Of a stretch of DNA of 64,000 nucleotides, positions 19,937-28,823 are shown piece by piece (within the stretch, counting starts at the first letter, position 1; every line of letters begins with the position of its first letter). The translations under genes and the position numbers were made by a program. The DNA comes from Chlamydiota bacterium (GTDB taxonomy: Bacteria > Chlamydiota > Chlamydiia > Chlamydiales > JAAKFR01). The DNA lies in contig JAJFLX010000005.1 in NCBI GenBank assembly GCA_021772465.1, positions 23,025-87,024 on the forward strand, read 5' to 3'. A model generated the notes under the pieces. That model searched no databases. It saw nothing but the letters and a program-made list of their open reading frames with translations, and had not been told where the DNA came from.

Positions 19937-19961
19937 GCGATAAGTATAAGAATCTAAAGAG

Positions 19962-20537
19962 TTAAATCAAATCACAAGCTTCTGGGGGCATCCAGTGGGA
20001 CTCTTTTCCCTCCCACTTTACACTGCACCCGATAGGGTTAGTCACAGGGGTGGAGATCTCTTTATTAGAGAGGCATTCCTCGAGGGCTCTCTCGAGATCA
20101 TTGACATGGATTTTTGAAGAGTCTCGGGGGGAATCGACTGCTCTTCCTGTGTAAATTAATTTTCTATTCGCATCGAAGAGGAAGAAGTGTGGCGTTTTAA
20201 GCGCCCCATAGGTTTTGGCAACTTCTTGAGAGGCGTCATAGAGATAGACCCAAGGGAATTTTAGCTCTTGCATGCGTTCTACCATGTGGGGGAAATCATC
20301 CTCAGGGTAGGTGTTTTTACTATTAGAGTTAATGGCAACAAAGGGGACTTCAGAGAATTTTTCAGCAGTTTGTCGCGTCACTTCGTCTGAACCAATTACA
20401 TAGGGACAGTGGTTGCAAGTAAAAAAAATAACAAGAGGCCCTGAGGAGGCAAAGTCTTTTAAAGAATAGTTTTTACTATCTGTCGCTGGAAGCAGAAAGT
20501 CGGGTGCTTTTGATCCTATAGAAAGAGTAAATGGCAT
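19962..20537 (-). CDS. thioredoxin-fold thiol-disulfide oxidoreductase (redoxin/TlpA-like)
   Basis: [10 protein letters not shown] CxxC motif in a thioredoxin-like context. 191 aa. Confidence 0.75.
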   Translation of the reverse strand: MPFTLSIGSKAPDFLLPATDSKNYSLKDFASSGPLVIFFTCNHCPYVIGSDEVTRQTAEKFSEVPFVAINSNSKNTYPEDDFPHMVERMQELKFPWVYLYDASQEVAKTYGALKTPHFFLFDANRKLIYTGRAVDSPRDSSKIHVNDLERALEECLSNKEISTPVTNPIGCSVKWEGKESHWMPPEACDLI

Positions 20538-20634
20538 GGCACAAAGTGTGCCACTCTATCTCTTTTTCGATCAAGGATTTTTTTGATTCGATTGTGTTTT
20601 ATGGAGATTTGGGGTATATTTTTTGTTTATCATT

Positions 20635-21213
20635 ATGAAAAAGCAAATAGAACACTCTGTCACTCAAGCTGTGGAAGCTATTGAGCAACTCGCCTCTCCC
20701 GAAGGAGTTCAGTTTATTGAGACTTGCGCGAGATGGTTGGCTGATTGTTTTGAGCGAGATAAAAAGGTTTTGATTGCGGGCAATGGGGGAAGCCTTTGTG
20801 ATGCCTCTCACTTTGCAGAGGAGCTTACAGGTTTTTTTCGCTCCCATCGAAGAGCACTTCCCGCCCTTGCACTCAACGATCCCGGGCACCTTACTTGCGT
20901 CGCTAATGATGTGGGCTTCGAGCACGTTTTTGCTCGCGCAATTGAGGCGCATGGCCTGCCGGGCGATCTTTTTATTGGCCTGACAACAAGTGGGAATTCA
21001 GCAAATATAATTTCGGCTTTTAAGCGTGCAAAAGAGCTCGGGTTAAAAACGATCGCTTTTCTTGGAAAAGGGGGAGGGAAGCTAAAAGAAGTTGCAGATC
21101 TAGAGCTTTGTATCGAGGGATTTACCTCATCAGACCGCATTCAAGAGGCGCATATGACAGCCATCCATATTGCGATCGAGATGATGGAGAGGCGGCTTTT
21201 CGATGTCAGCTAG
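20635..21213 (+). CDS. gmhA: D-sedoheptulose-7-phosphate isomerase (SIS domain, GmhA/DiaA family)
   Basis: KKVLIAGNGGSLCDASHFAEEL, ALALND, CVANDVGFEHVFARAIEA and GLTTSGNSANII motifs. I prefer the ATG at 20635 over the listed TTG at 20623. Confidence 0.85.
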   Translation: MKKQIEHSVTQAVEAIEQLASPEGVQFIETCARWLADCFERDKKVLIAGNGGSLCDASHFAEELTGFFRSHRRALPALALNDPGHLTCVANDVGFEHVFARAIEAHGLPGDLFIGLTTSGNSANIISAFKRAKELGLKTIAFLGKGGGKLKEVADLELCIEGFTSSDRIQEAHMTAIHIAIEMMERRLFDVS

Positions 21214-22177
21214 GCTACTCAGCTGGGGGTTCCAATCAGGTGTTTTTTTGCGCAACAGGCTGTATGACTCGGGTTGGCTTGCCAAAAAGTATGCTCCTTT
21301 GCCTGTTGTGAGTGTAGGAAATATCGTGGCAGGAGGGAGTGGAAAAACGCAGGTGGTTCTTCTTTTAGCGCAAGCGGTAAAGGGGGCTGCGATTGTCTCT
21401 CGTGGGTACAAGGGGCGGGCTGAGAAGAGCGCTAAAGCGCTCGTCGTATCACCTGAGAAGCACTCTTTTGAGCTGTGCGGAGATGAGCCGTGGATGTTAG
21501 CTCGCCGCCTTCCGAGCACCACAGTGATTGTCAGTCGAGATCGCTTTTTAGGAGCTGTAGAGGCCAACAGGCTCGCACATCGACTTGTCATTTTAGACGA
21601 TGGGATGCAACACCGAAAGCTGCACCGCGATCTCAACCTTGTAGTTCTAGGAGGGAGTGATCCCTTTGGGGAGGGCAAATTCCTTCCAAAAGGGAAGCTT
21701 CGTGAAGATCCCAGGCGTCTACGCGATGCAGATCTTGTGGTTTTTGTAGGAGAGGCATCTGAAAATGACAGGCAAAAGGTGAGTGAGCTTACTGATGCTC
21801 CTCAAGTTGTTGCGAAAACGCGCCTAAGCGAGTCGTTCGAAGAGGAGCGCGTAGGGCTTTTTTGCGGCATTGGGTATCCCGAGAGGTTTAGAAGGGATGT
21901 AGAAAAAAGCGGAGGGGAAGTGGTGGCAGCTCATTACATGCGCGACCATCAAAGCATCGGGGAGAGGGAGCTCTTCACTTTTGCTTTGCGAGCAAAAAAT
22001 CTCGGGGCAAAGAGGCTTCTATGCACTGAGAAAGATGGAGTGAAATTAGCAAAATTTGTTACAAAGTGTCCGCTTCCCGTAAGCTGGGTTAGGGCAGACT
22101 TAGAGATTGTAGAAAACCGCTCAGCATGGGATAGGTTAACGATGCAAATGAATGTCTTAGCAGGAATTACACCATGA
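21203..22177 (+). CDS. lpxK: tetraacyldisaccharide 4'-kinase
   Basis: VVSVGNIVAGGSGKTQVV P-loop and ILDDGMQHRKL motif. 324 aa. Confidence 0.9.
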   Translation: MSARLLSWGFQSGVFLRNRLYDSGWLAKKYAPLPVVSVGNIVAGGSGKTQVVLLLAQAVKGAAIVSRGYKGRAEKSAKALVVSPEKHSFELCGDEPWMLARRLPSTTVIVSRDRFLGAVEANRLAHRLVILDDGMQHRKLHRDLNLVVLGGSDPFGEGKFLPKGKLREDPRRLRDADLVVFVGEASENDRQKVSELTDAPQVVAKTRLSESFEEERVGLFCGIGYPERFRRDVEKSGGEVVAAHYMRDHQSIGERELFTFALRAKNLGAKRLLCTEKDGVKLAKFVTKCPLPVSWVRADLEIVENRSAWDRLTMQMNVLAGITP

Positions 22178-23433
22178 AACTTTGGGTTAAAATGTTGCTG
22201 GGTCTTGGGCTTGGCACGGTTGTCGGGGTTATCTTCAAAGAGAAGGCGGTCTACCTCAAGCCAGTTGGGACAGTCTTTTTAGGGCTTCTCAACATGCTCG
22301 TCGTCCTCCTTGTCTTCTCTTCGATGACTGTCGGTGTCACGTCCATCAACGATGTGCGAAAATTGGGGAGAGTAGGGCTTAAAACCTTAATTCTTTATTT
22401 AGGAACTACGGCGATTGCAATAGGTTTTGGCCTCATCGCTGCAAAGCTTTTCAATCCTGGCGCAGGTCTTGGCCTCAACCATGGAAGCATTGAACTCAAT
22501 ATAGATGAGACGCCCGAGCTTTTAAATATGTTCATGAATTTGGTGCCAAGAAACCCTTTAGGCTCTTTAGCTAGTGGCAACATTTTGCAAGTCATCGTCT
22601 TTTCTATTTTTCTTGGGCTTGCTATCAATTTAGCCGGAGAGAAAGGGCGTCCTCTTGCCAAGGGATTGGAGTCGCTAAACGAAGTGATGTTCTCCATGAC
22701 GGGAATGGTCATGAGTTTAGCTCCCTATGGGATTTTTGCCATCATGGCTTGGGTTGCAGGAGAATTTGGTTATGAGATTTTAATTCCGCTGCTTAAGCTG
22801 ATTTTTGCGCACTACCTCACCTGCATAGCTCACCTCGTCGTGGTCTATGGAGGGATTCTCTTTTTCCTTGCAAAGGTGAAGGTCATGCCCTTTTTCAAGG
22901 GGATGACCGATGCGATGACACTGGCCGCCTCGACGACGAGCAGTTCGGCGACACTTCCTGCAACCCTTCACTGCGTTGAAGAGAATCTCGGCGTTTCGAA
23001 AAATATCGCCAGCTTTGTTCTTCCCTTGGGCTCAACGATCAATATGAATGGAACGGCCATCTTTCAAGGGATCGCGGCTGTATTTATCTCTCAAGCTTAT
23101 GGTATTGAGCTCGGCTGGCACAGCCTTCTCATTATAGTGGTAACCGCGACACTCTCTGCTGTAGGGTGCGCAGGGATACCTGGTGGCGCGATTGTCACGT
23201 TGTCGATTGTATTAGGCTCGGTAGGGCTCCCCCTCGAAGGGATTGCGATTGTAGCGGGTATTGATAGGCTCCGTGACATTATCGGTACCGTTGTCAACAT
23301 TTTAGGAGACTCTGTGGTGGCGCTCTATGTTGCAAAATCTGAGGGAGAGTTTGATGAGCAGCGCTATAACAGCGGAGTTTACGTCAGCTATGAAGCAGGG
23401 GGTAGCATGAAACCTCAGGAGAGTCAAGTATGA
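22174..23433 (+). CDS. dicarboxylate/amino acid:cation symporter (DAACS, GltT-like)
   Basis: SSSATLP, NMNGTA and AGIPGGA motifs. ATGA overlap with lpxK. Confidence 0.9.
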   Translation: MKLWVKMLLGLGLGTVVGVIFKEKAVYLKPVGTVFLGLLNMLVVLLVFSSMTVGVTSINDVRKLGRVGLKTLILYLGTTAIAIGFGLIAAKLFNPGAGLGLNHGSIELNIDETPELLNMFMNLVPRNPLGSLASGNILQVIVFSIFLGLAINLAGEKGRPLAKGLESLNEVMFSMTGMVMSLAPYGIFAIMAWVAGEFGYEILIPLLKLIFAHYLTCIAHLVVVYGGILFFLAKVKVMPFFKGMTDAMTLAASTTSSSATLPATLHCVEENLGVSKNIASFVLPLGSTINMNGTAIFQGIAAVFISQAYGIELGWHSLLIIVVTATLSAVGCAGIPGGAIVTLSIVLGSVGLPLEGIAIVAGIDRLRDIIGTVVNILGDSVVALYVAKSEGEFDEQRYNSGVYVSYEAGGSMKPQESQV

Positions 23434-24593
23434 GTGAATTGATAGAGGTAAAGCTCCCTAAACTCGGAGAGAGCATTTTGAGTGCAACTGTCGTACAGTG
23501 GCTCAAAAAAGAAGGTGACTTCATTGAGCTCGACGAGCCCCTTCTCGAAGTTTCTACAGATAAGGTGAATTCCGAGATTCCTTCCCCTATTGCCGGTGTT
23601 GTCGATAAGATTTTCGTGGCCGAAGAGGAAGAAGTGGAAATTGGAGCTCCCCTTGCACTCATATCAACTGATAGCTCTAGCCCTAATGAGGCCCCTGCAG
23701 CTACGATTCGCTCTCAAACCCCTCCCCCTTGCCCGCAATCGGGAAAAGAGAGCGTTCTCTCTCCAGCTGTGCTTCGTTTGGCACAACTCGAAGGAGTTTC
23801 TATCGAAGAGTTGCGGCAAATCAAAGGGAGTGGAGAGGGAGGTCGGATCACTAAAAAAGATCTCGAACGATTCGTTCAAAAAGAGAGCAAGTCAAAGCCA
23901 GCTGTCCAAGAGGATCGCATCAAGCTCAGTGGGATGCGTAAATCAATTGCCGATAATATGGTACGCTCATTTTATGAAGCTCCCCATGCATCGCTTGTGG
24001 CTGAGGCTGATGTGACAGATGTGATGCAGCTGATTGCTCGTGAAAAAATGAATTTTAAACAGACGCACGGTGTAAAACTCACAATTACAAGCTTTTTGGT
24101 GCAAGCTTTGACCAAGGCCGTGCAGCAGTTTCCTATGCTCAATGCGTCGCTTGTCGAAGAGACTATTGTCATGAAGCGGTATGTCAATGTGGGGATCGCT
24201 GTGAACGTAGAGAAGGGGTTGATGGTCCCTGTGATCAAAAATTGTCATGAGAGGAACCTTGTGAGTCTTGCCGAGGAGGTCGCAGATCTCGCTCTGAAGG
24301 CGCGCGCGGGCAAGCTCTCACACGATGAGATTGCTGAGGGGACTGTAACGCTCACTAATTTTGGGATGACAGGGGCACTCATCGGGGTTCCGATTATCCG
24401 ATATCCTGAGGTAGCTATAGTGGGCGCTGGAACTATTCAGAAACGGGTGGTTGTTCGTGAGGATGAGAGTTTAGCTGTACGGCAGATGATCTATTTGACA
24501 CTTACCTTTGATCACCGTGTAATTGATGGAATTTATGGGTGTCAGTTTCTCGACGCTTTCAAGCAAAACCTCGAGTCGGTCTCTCTTCATTAA
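23430..24593 (+). CDS. 2-oxoacid dehydrogenase E2 component (dihydrolipoamide acyltransferase)
   Basis: Lipoyl domain (EVSTDKVNSEIPSP), E3-binding domain (SPAVLRLAQLEGV) and catalytic DHRVIDG motif. ATGA overlap with the upstream symporter gene. Confidence 0.9.
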   Translation: MSELIEVKLPKLGESILSATVVQWLKKEGDFIELDEPLLEVSTDKVNSEIPSPIAGVVDKIFVAEEEEVEIGAPLALISTDSSSPNEAPAATIRSQTPPPCPQSGKESVLSPAVLRLAQLEGVSIEELRQIKGSGEGGRITKKDLERFVQKESKSKPAVQEDRIKLSGMRKSIADNMVRSFYEAPHASLVAEADVTDVMQLIAREKMNFKQTHGVKLTITSFLVQALTKAVQQFPMLNASLVEETIVMKRYVNVGIAVNVEKGLMVPVIKNCHERNLVSLAEEVADLALKARAGKLSHDEIAEGTVTLTNFGMTGALIGVPIIRYPEVAIVGAGTIQKRVVVREDESLAVRQMIYLTLTFDHRVIDGIYGCQFLDAFKQNLESVSLH

Positions 24594-24678
24594 AGAGGCT
24601 CAGGAAGCGCTCGCATCATGAATTGATCAAAAAGAGGCACTGTAAAGGATTTTTAATAGGGTCCATGGATAGTGCCTC

Positions 24679-24726
24679 AATCTATACCCATTTATACCTG
24701 AATCTGGGTATAAATGGGTATAGATT
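24679..24726. repeat. perfect 20-bp inverted repeat (8-nt loop) built from four TATACC(C) heptamers
   Basis: AATCTATACCCATTTATACC (24679-24698) pairs perfectly with GGTATAAATGGGTATAGATT (24707-24726). It lies between convergent genes and has no U-tract. Confidence 0.8.
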
Positions 24727-24749
24727 CAGGTTAGTGGGGATCAGATCGA

Positions 24750-25112
24750 TTAGTCGAGCTTCTCGACGAGTTGGAAAAGGTTTCCGTCCACATCCCGAAA
24801 AAGCTGCATTTTGACATGGCCCGGGATCTCCATCACCTCACCTATGAGGTCAACCTTTTGATCTTTAAAAGCTTTAAGAGTGGAGTCGAGATTGTCTACA
24901 GTGAAAGTAACAACAGCATTGCTCCCCGCTTTCATCTCGGGATTTTCTTGCGCAATACCAAGCACACTCCCTCCTTTTTCTGCACCAAGTTCAGCCCAGA
25001 AATGCTCTTCTGAAAACACGTGCTCTTTGAGGCCAATAGTTTCAGTAAAGAATTTGCGCGCACGGTTGATATCTGAAACGACAATCCAAGCTAGATCCGA
25101 TGATTGAATCAT
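24750..25112 (-). CDS. VOC (glyoxalase/bleomycin-resistance/dioxygenase) family protein
   Basis: 120 aa. The beta-alpha-beta-beta-beta pattern (ARKFFTETIGLKEHV...; VDGNLFQLVE at the C-terminus) is typical of the glyoxalase I fold. Confidence 0.7.
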   Translation of the reverse strand: MIQSSDLAWIVVSDINRARKFFTETIGLKEHVFSEEHFWAELGAEKGGSVLGIAQENPEMKAGSNAVVTFTVDNLDSTLKAFKDQKVDLIGEVMEIPGHVKMQLFRDVDGNLFQLVEKLD

Positions 25113-25136
25113 TTTGTTTTCTCCATATTAATTTTT

Positions 25137-26543
25137 TCAATAACCAGGCTGCCCGTCAAACTCATAGAGGTTTTCACTCTTGATCACATCTAAGCCTGAT
25201 TCCACAAGCTGGCTGAGGATCTGAACAACCTCTGGGGGGGAATCTGCTGAGAAACGGCACCGCCACTGATCGATGCAGAGGGTCTCGGGGAACCCTTCCG
25301 GCCAAACAGTGACACCTCGGTTGTAAATAGCCTCGAGCTTTGAGCGAGTCGCATTGATGAGTTTCTGGGAAAGGGTTTCCACCCCATCATGGGAGTAGAT
25401 CGTCACATCGACCCCTACAAGCTCGCGCTTAGCTGAAACAGGCTTACTCCCATGGTGAGCCCAATCTTCGTGAGGGGAAGGGGTATATTTGACTCTTTTT
25501 AGGATCTCAGGAGTCTCTCCTAATCTAGCAATGACCGCTTTAGCAAAAGCCTTGGTTCCCACCTTTTTCTGACTCACACCCTCGCGGTAGATATCTTTTG
25601 TGTGGATTCCCTCTTCTATCGTTTTGAGCCAGGCGTTGTGAATCAGAGTCGCCACATCAGGTTGGTGGATGTGGTTGAGCATCAAAACTGCTGCTAAAAG
25701 TAGACCTGAGGGATTCGCTCGGTCATGCCCAGCAAGTGTAGGTGCTGATCCGTGAATCGCTTCGAACATCGCCCCCTTCTCTCCAATATTTGCCGTGCCT
25801 ACAAGCCCCACCGATCCCGTAATTTGAGCCCCCACATCAGAGAGGATGTCGCCATAAAGATTGGGGAGCACCACCACATCAAACTGCTCAGGGGTATCCG
25901 CTAGTTTTGCAGCGCCAATGTCGACAATCCAGTGTTGGTTTTGTATGTCGGGATACTCCTCTGCAATCTCGTCGAATATTTTGTGAAAAAGGCCATCGCT
26001 TCGCTTCAAGATATTATCTTTTGTAAACGCGGTCACTTTCTTGCGATTGTTGTTTCTCGCATACTCAAAAGCGTAGCGAATGATCCGCTCACTGCCGGGC
26101 CTGCTGATAAGTTTGAGTGCATGGCAGACATCAGGGGTTTGCTGGTACTCAATACCGGTGTAGAGATCTTCTTCATTCTCGCGGATAATTACGAGATCCA
26201 TCTCAGGGTGTTTCGTGCTAATGACAGGGTGGTAGGCAACGCATGGACGCACATTAGCATAGAGTCCAAGAGTCGTGCGCACTGTGACATTTAAACTTCG
26301 ATACCCTCCTCCTTGAGGAGTGGTAATCGGAGCTTTCAAAAAAACTTTGGTCCTTCTGAGCGACTCCCAGGTCTTCTCTTCAATTCCTGTTTTTTGACCT
26401 GCCAAGTAGACTTTCTCGCCGATTTCAACTTTTTCAATCTCGATCTGCGCCCCAGCTTCTAGGAGAATATCGAGAGTAGCTTGCATGATCTCAGGCCCGA
26501 TGCCATCACCATGAGCCACTGTAATAGGATATTTTTTTGTCAT
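25137..26543 (-). CDS. icd: isocitrate dehydrogenase (isocitrate/isopropylmalate dehydrogenase family, long form)
   Basis: ITVAHGDGIGPEIM, IRENEEDLYTGIE, NLYGDILSD and EAIHGSAP motifs. 468 aa with a C-terminal extension. Confidence 0.8.
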   Translation of the reverse strand: MTKKYPITVAHGDGIGPEIMQATLDILLEAGAQIEIEKVEIGEKVYLAGQKTGIEEKTWESLRRTKVFLKAPITTPQGGGYRSLNVTVRTTLGLYANVRPCVAYHPVISTKHPEMDLVIIRENEEDLYTGIEYQQTPDVCHALKLISRPGSERIIRYAFEYARNNNRKKVTAFTKDNILKRSDGLFHKIFDEIAEEYPDIQNQHWIVDIGAAKLADTPEQFDVVVLPNLYGDILSDVGAQITGSVGLVGTANIGEKGAMFEAIHGSAPTLAGHDRANPSGLLLAAVLMLNHIHQPDVATLIHNAWLKTIEEGIHTKDIYREGVSQKKVGTKAFAKAVIARLGETPEILKRVKYTPSPHEDWAHHGSKPVSAKRELVGVDVTIYSHDGVETLSQKLINATRSKLEAIYNRGVTVWPEGFPETLCIDQWRCRFSADSPPEVVQILSQLVESGLDVIKSENLYEFDGQPGY

Positions 26544-26605
26544 GGGCTAGATTCTAAGAAATTTTTCCAATGACTTCAAGCAAGAGGTGAGATAAAATTC
26601 CACTT

Positions 26606-27562
26606 ATGTTTCAAACACTTTTAAACAAACAGAAAAAACATATCGATTTCTTTTTTCGGGAGCTCGAGCTCGACTCCTGTGAACATCTGGTCAAAAAAGT
26701 GTGCGCTTGTAAGGGAGTCATTTTTTTTTCTGGGATTGGCAAAAGTGGCTTCATCGCACAAAAGCTAGCCGCTACGATGATGTCTATGGGCACGAAGGCG
26801 GCATTCCTCTCTCCGACTGATGCGCTGCATGGCGATCTAGGGATGGTGGGGGAGGAAGATCTCCTCTTTTTACTGAGCAAAAGTGGTGAGACCGATGAGT
26901 TGCTCGAGCTTCTTCCCTACCTGCGCCTTAAAGGCGTTGCGATTATCGCACTCACCTCAAATCGTGACTCGAGGCTGGTAAAAGGGGCGGACGACTCTAT
27001 TTTTCTCCCCTGCATCGGGGAGCTCTGCCCTTTTGATCTTGCGCCGACGACATCGAGTGAATTGCAGCTCCTCTTCGGACACCTCCTCGCAGTTGCAGTG
27101 ATGGAAACAAAGGGGATCTCGCTGCTAGAATTTGCCTCAAATCACCCCGGTGGAAGGATTGGAAAGAGAGCCTCTCTGAAGGTGAAAGAGATGATGCTTG
27201 ACTCGACAGAAGCCCCTCTTTGTAGTCCCGAGAGGCGTCTAGAGGAGGTGCTCATCGATTTTTCTGAGAAACGATGCGGCTGTCTCGTGGTCATCGATAA
27301 AGATAAAAAGCTCAAAGGGATTTTTACTGACGGTGATTTGAGGCGAGCGCTTCAAGCAAAAGGGGATAAGGTATTGCGAGAGAGACTTGGGGATCTCATG
27401 AACGAGGCCCCGAAAGCCATTGATATCGAAGCCTCTGCTTGGGATGCGATGAAGCTGATGGAATCAGATCAAAAACACCCCACGATGGTGCTTCCTGTCA
27501 TCGAAACAGACAAGGTCGTCGGAGTCATTAAGATGCATGATCTGATTCAAGCAGGGCTTTAA
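26606..27562 (+). CDS. kdsD: arabinose-5-phosphate isomerase (KpsF/GutQ/KdsD; SIS + tandem CBS)
   Basis: GIGKSGFIAQKLAATMMSMGTKAAFLSPTDALHGDLGMV, LSKSGETDEL and C-terminal CBS pair. Confidence 0.9.
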   Translation: MFQTLLNKQKKHIDFFFRELELDSCEHLVKKVCACKGVIFFSGIGKSGFIAQKLAATMMSMGTKAAFLSPTDALHGDLGMVGEEDLLFLLSKSGETDELLELLPYLRLKGVAIIALTSNRDSRLVKGADDSIFLPCIGELCPFDLAPTTSSELQLLFGHLLAVAVMETKGISLLEFASNHPGGRIGKRASLKVKEMMLDSTEAPLCSPERRLEEVLIDFSEKRCGCLVVIDKDKKLKGIFTDGDLRRALQAKGDKVLRERLGDLMNEAPKAIDIEASAWDAMKLMESDQKHPTMVLPVIETDKVVGVIKMHDLIQAGL

Positions 27563-28091
27563 GATCTTGCACCGTTTTTTTAGAGAAGTAGGGAAGGAAT
27601 AAATCACACCCATCAAAGCGTCTCTTTGAATCTTCTACGAAGGCTTCAATGTCGAATCTCTTGTCTAAAACAACAACTTTCTCAGGGGCGGGTTTTTTAA
27701 GATAGACCGCCACTCCATAGAGGAGTTCCTTCTCGAGAAAAGTGATATGATCTACGCTGATTTCAGGGATTTTGAAAAGGGGTTTTCCCTGTTTGAGGAA
27801 GTGGAAAAACTCTCCGTCATATTCGAGGCGGTGAGGGTGGAGCTGAAGGCGAGAGAGTTTTCTATAGGGTAAAATTCCGAAAGCCACCAGTACAAGCCCT
27901 ATTAAAAAGAGAGGGAGCCCCCACAGCTTGATCCAGTCGAAAGGAAGCACGGTCCCTGTCAACACAATCAAACTCGCGCCCAAAACAGCCACCCACCCTC
28001 TTCTGCTGAGCGTCGATCGGATCAGCTCGGGTTTGACTGCAGACCTAAACGTTCTTGTCGATTGAGCTGCCATGCAAAAATCACATTCCAA
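27528..28091 (-). CDS. membrane protein, two TM helices + possible PH-like C-terminal domain; hypothetical
   Basis: The hairpin of two hydrophobic helices (VAVLGASLIVLTGTVLPF / LPLFLIGLVLVAFGILPY) is followed by a ~100-aa soluble part. The start is uncertain, and the ORF overlaps the upstream ORF by 70 nt. Confidence 0.4.
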   Translation of the reverse strand: MECDFCMAAQSTRTFRSAVKPELIRSTLSRRGWVAVLGASLIVLTGTVLPFDWIKLWGLPLFLIGLVLVAFGILPYRKLSRLQLHPHRLEYDGEFFHFLKQGKPLFKIPEISVDHITFLEKELLYGVAVYLKKPAPEKVVVLDKRFDIEAFVEDSKRRFDGCDLFLPYFSKKTVQDLKALLESDHAS

Positions 28092-28792
28092 ATAAAGTAG
28101 AAGGCCAGTCGAAAAATAGAGGGGGGCGCTGTGAAACCTGCAGTTACCACCTCATCTCCTTTGCCCGATGTAATCCATTTCAAACGCCCAATATTGAAGG
28201 CGTAGAGCCCCCGCCCTAGCTGCGCTTCAAAAGCTTCGGGATCTGCTTGAATAGTCTCTTGCGCCCATTCGCGGATCAAGTAGCGATGCCAACTTGCCAT
28301 AAGGTGTTCACGACTTCGAAGAAGGGAGCCTTGCCCTTCGCCATAATTTTCCACCACATACTTCTCACTAGGAAAAAAACCGGTGGAGTGTGAATGAGAA
28401 GCGCGGCTCAAAAAATAGCCGTAACATACCACGGTGAGTGGTAAGATCCATGCCGCAAGGGTTGCCCCTTCAATTCGGAAAAGGGCAAGTAGGGAAATGG
28501 CAAGTGCAAAGCTCACCCAAGCGAGAGCGAAGGGATCTGCTCCTGAAAAAGAGAGGAAAAAGCCTGGCTTGGCTCGCAATAGAGCAGCATTGTACCCCTT
28601 TTCGATAGCCTGCCTCTCTTCGGACGGAAGAGCTTGATAGAGCGCCCTGTTTTCCAAAACGCGTTCATAAAGCCCAAGCTCTGATTTTCGAGCAACGACT
28701 TGCTTGAGATAGGGCTGCATGCAAAGCCACGAGAGATAAGTGAAGGCCAAGCAGAGCTGAATGATGATAAGAATTCTTTTCTTTCGAGACAT
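28022..28792 (-). CDS. polytopic membrane protein, hypothetical
   Basis: 256-aa ORF with several hydrophobic helices. No motif recognised. Confidence 0.45.
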   Translation of the reverse strand: MSRKKRILIIIQLCLAFTYLSWLCMQPYLKQVVARKSELGLYERVLENRALYQALPSEERQAIEKGYNAALLRAKPGFFLSFSGADPFALAWVSFALAISLLALFRIEGATLAAWILPLTVVCYGYFLSRASHSHSTGFFPSEKYVVENYGEGQGSLLRSREHLMASWHRYLIREWAQETIQADPEAFEAQLGRGLYAFNIGRLKWITSGKGDEVVTAGFTAPPSIFRLAFYFIWNVIFAWQLNRQERLGLQSNPS

Positions 28793-28823
28793 TTTCCGGC
28801 GATTTTCTTATACTCTAACCCCC

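Noticed and set aside
21130-21678. 182-aa minus-strand ORF overlapping gmhA/lpxK
   Set aside because: It is antisense to two confidently identified genes, its composition is Arg/Ser/Pro-rich and low-complexity, and it has no motif. This is typical of a shadow ORF.
27528-28792. The two overlapping membrane ORFs as one frameshifted pseudogene
   Set aside because: Each ORF has its own coherent architecture (a polytopic protein; a 2-TM hairpin plus soluble domain) and its own start codon. The 70-nt overlap more likely reflects an over-long predicted start of the downstream ORF. I cannot exclude a frameshift without resequencing.
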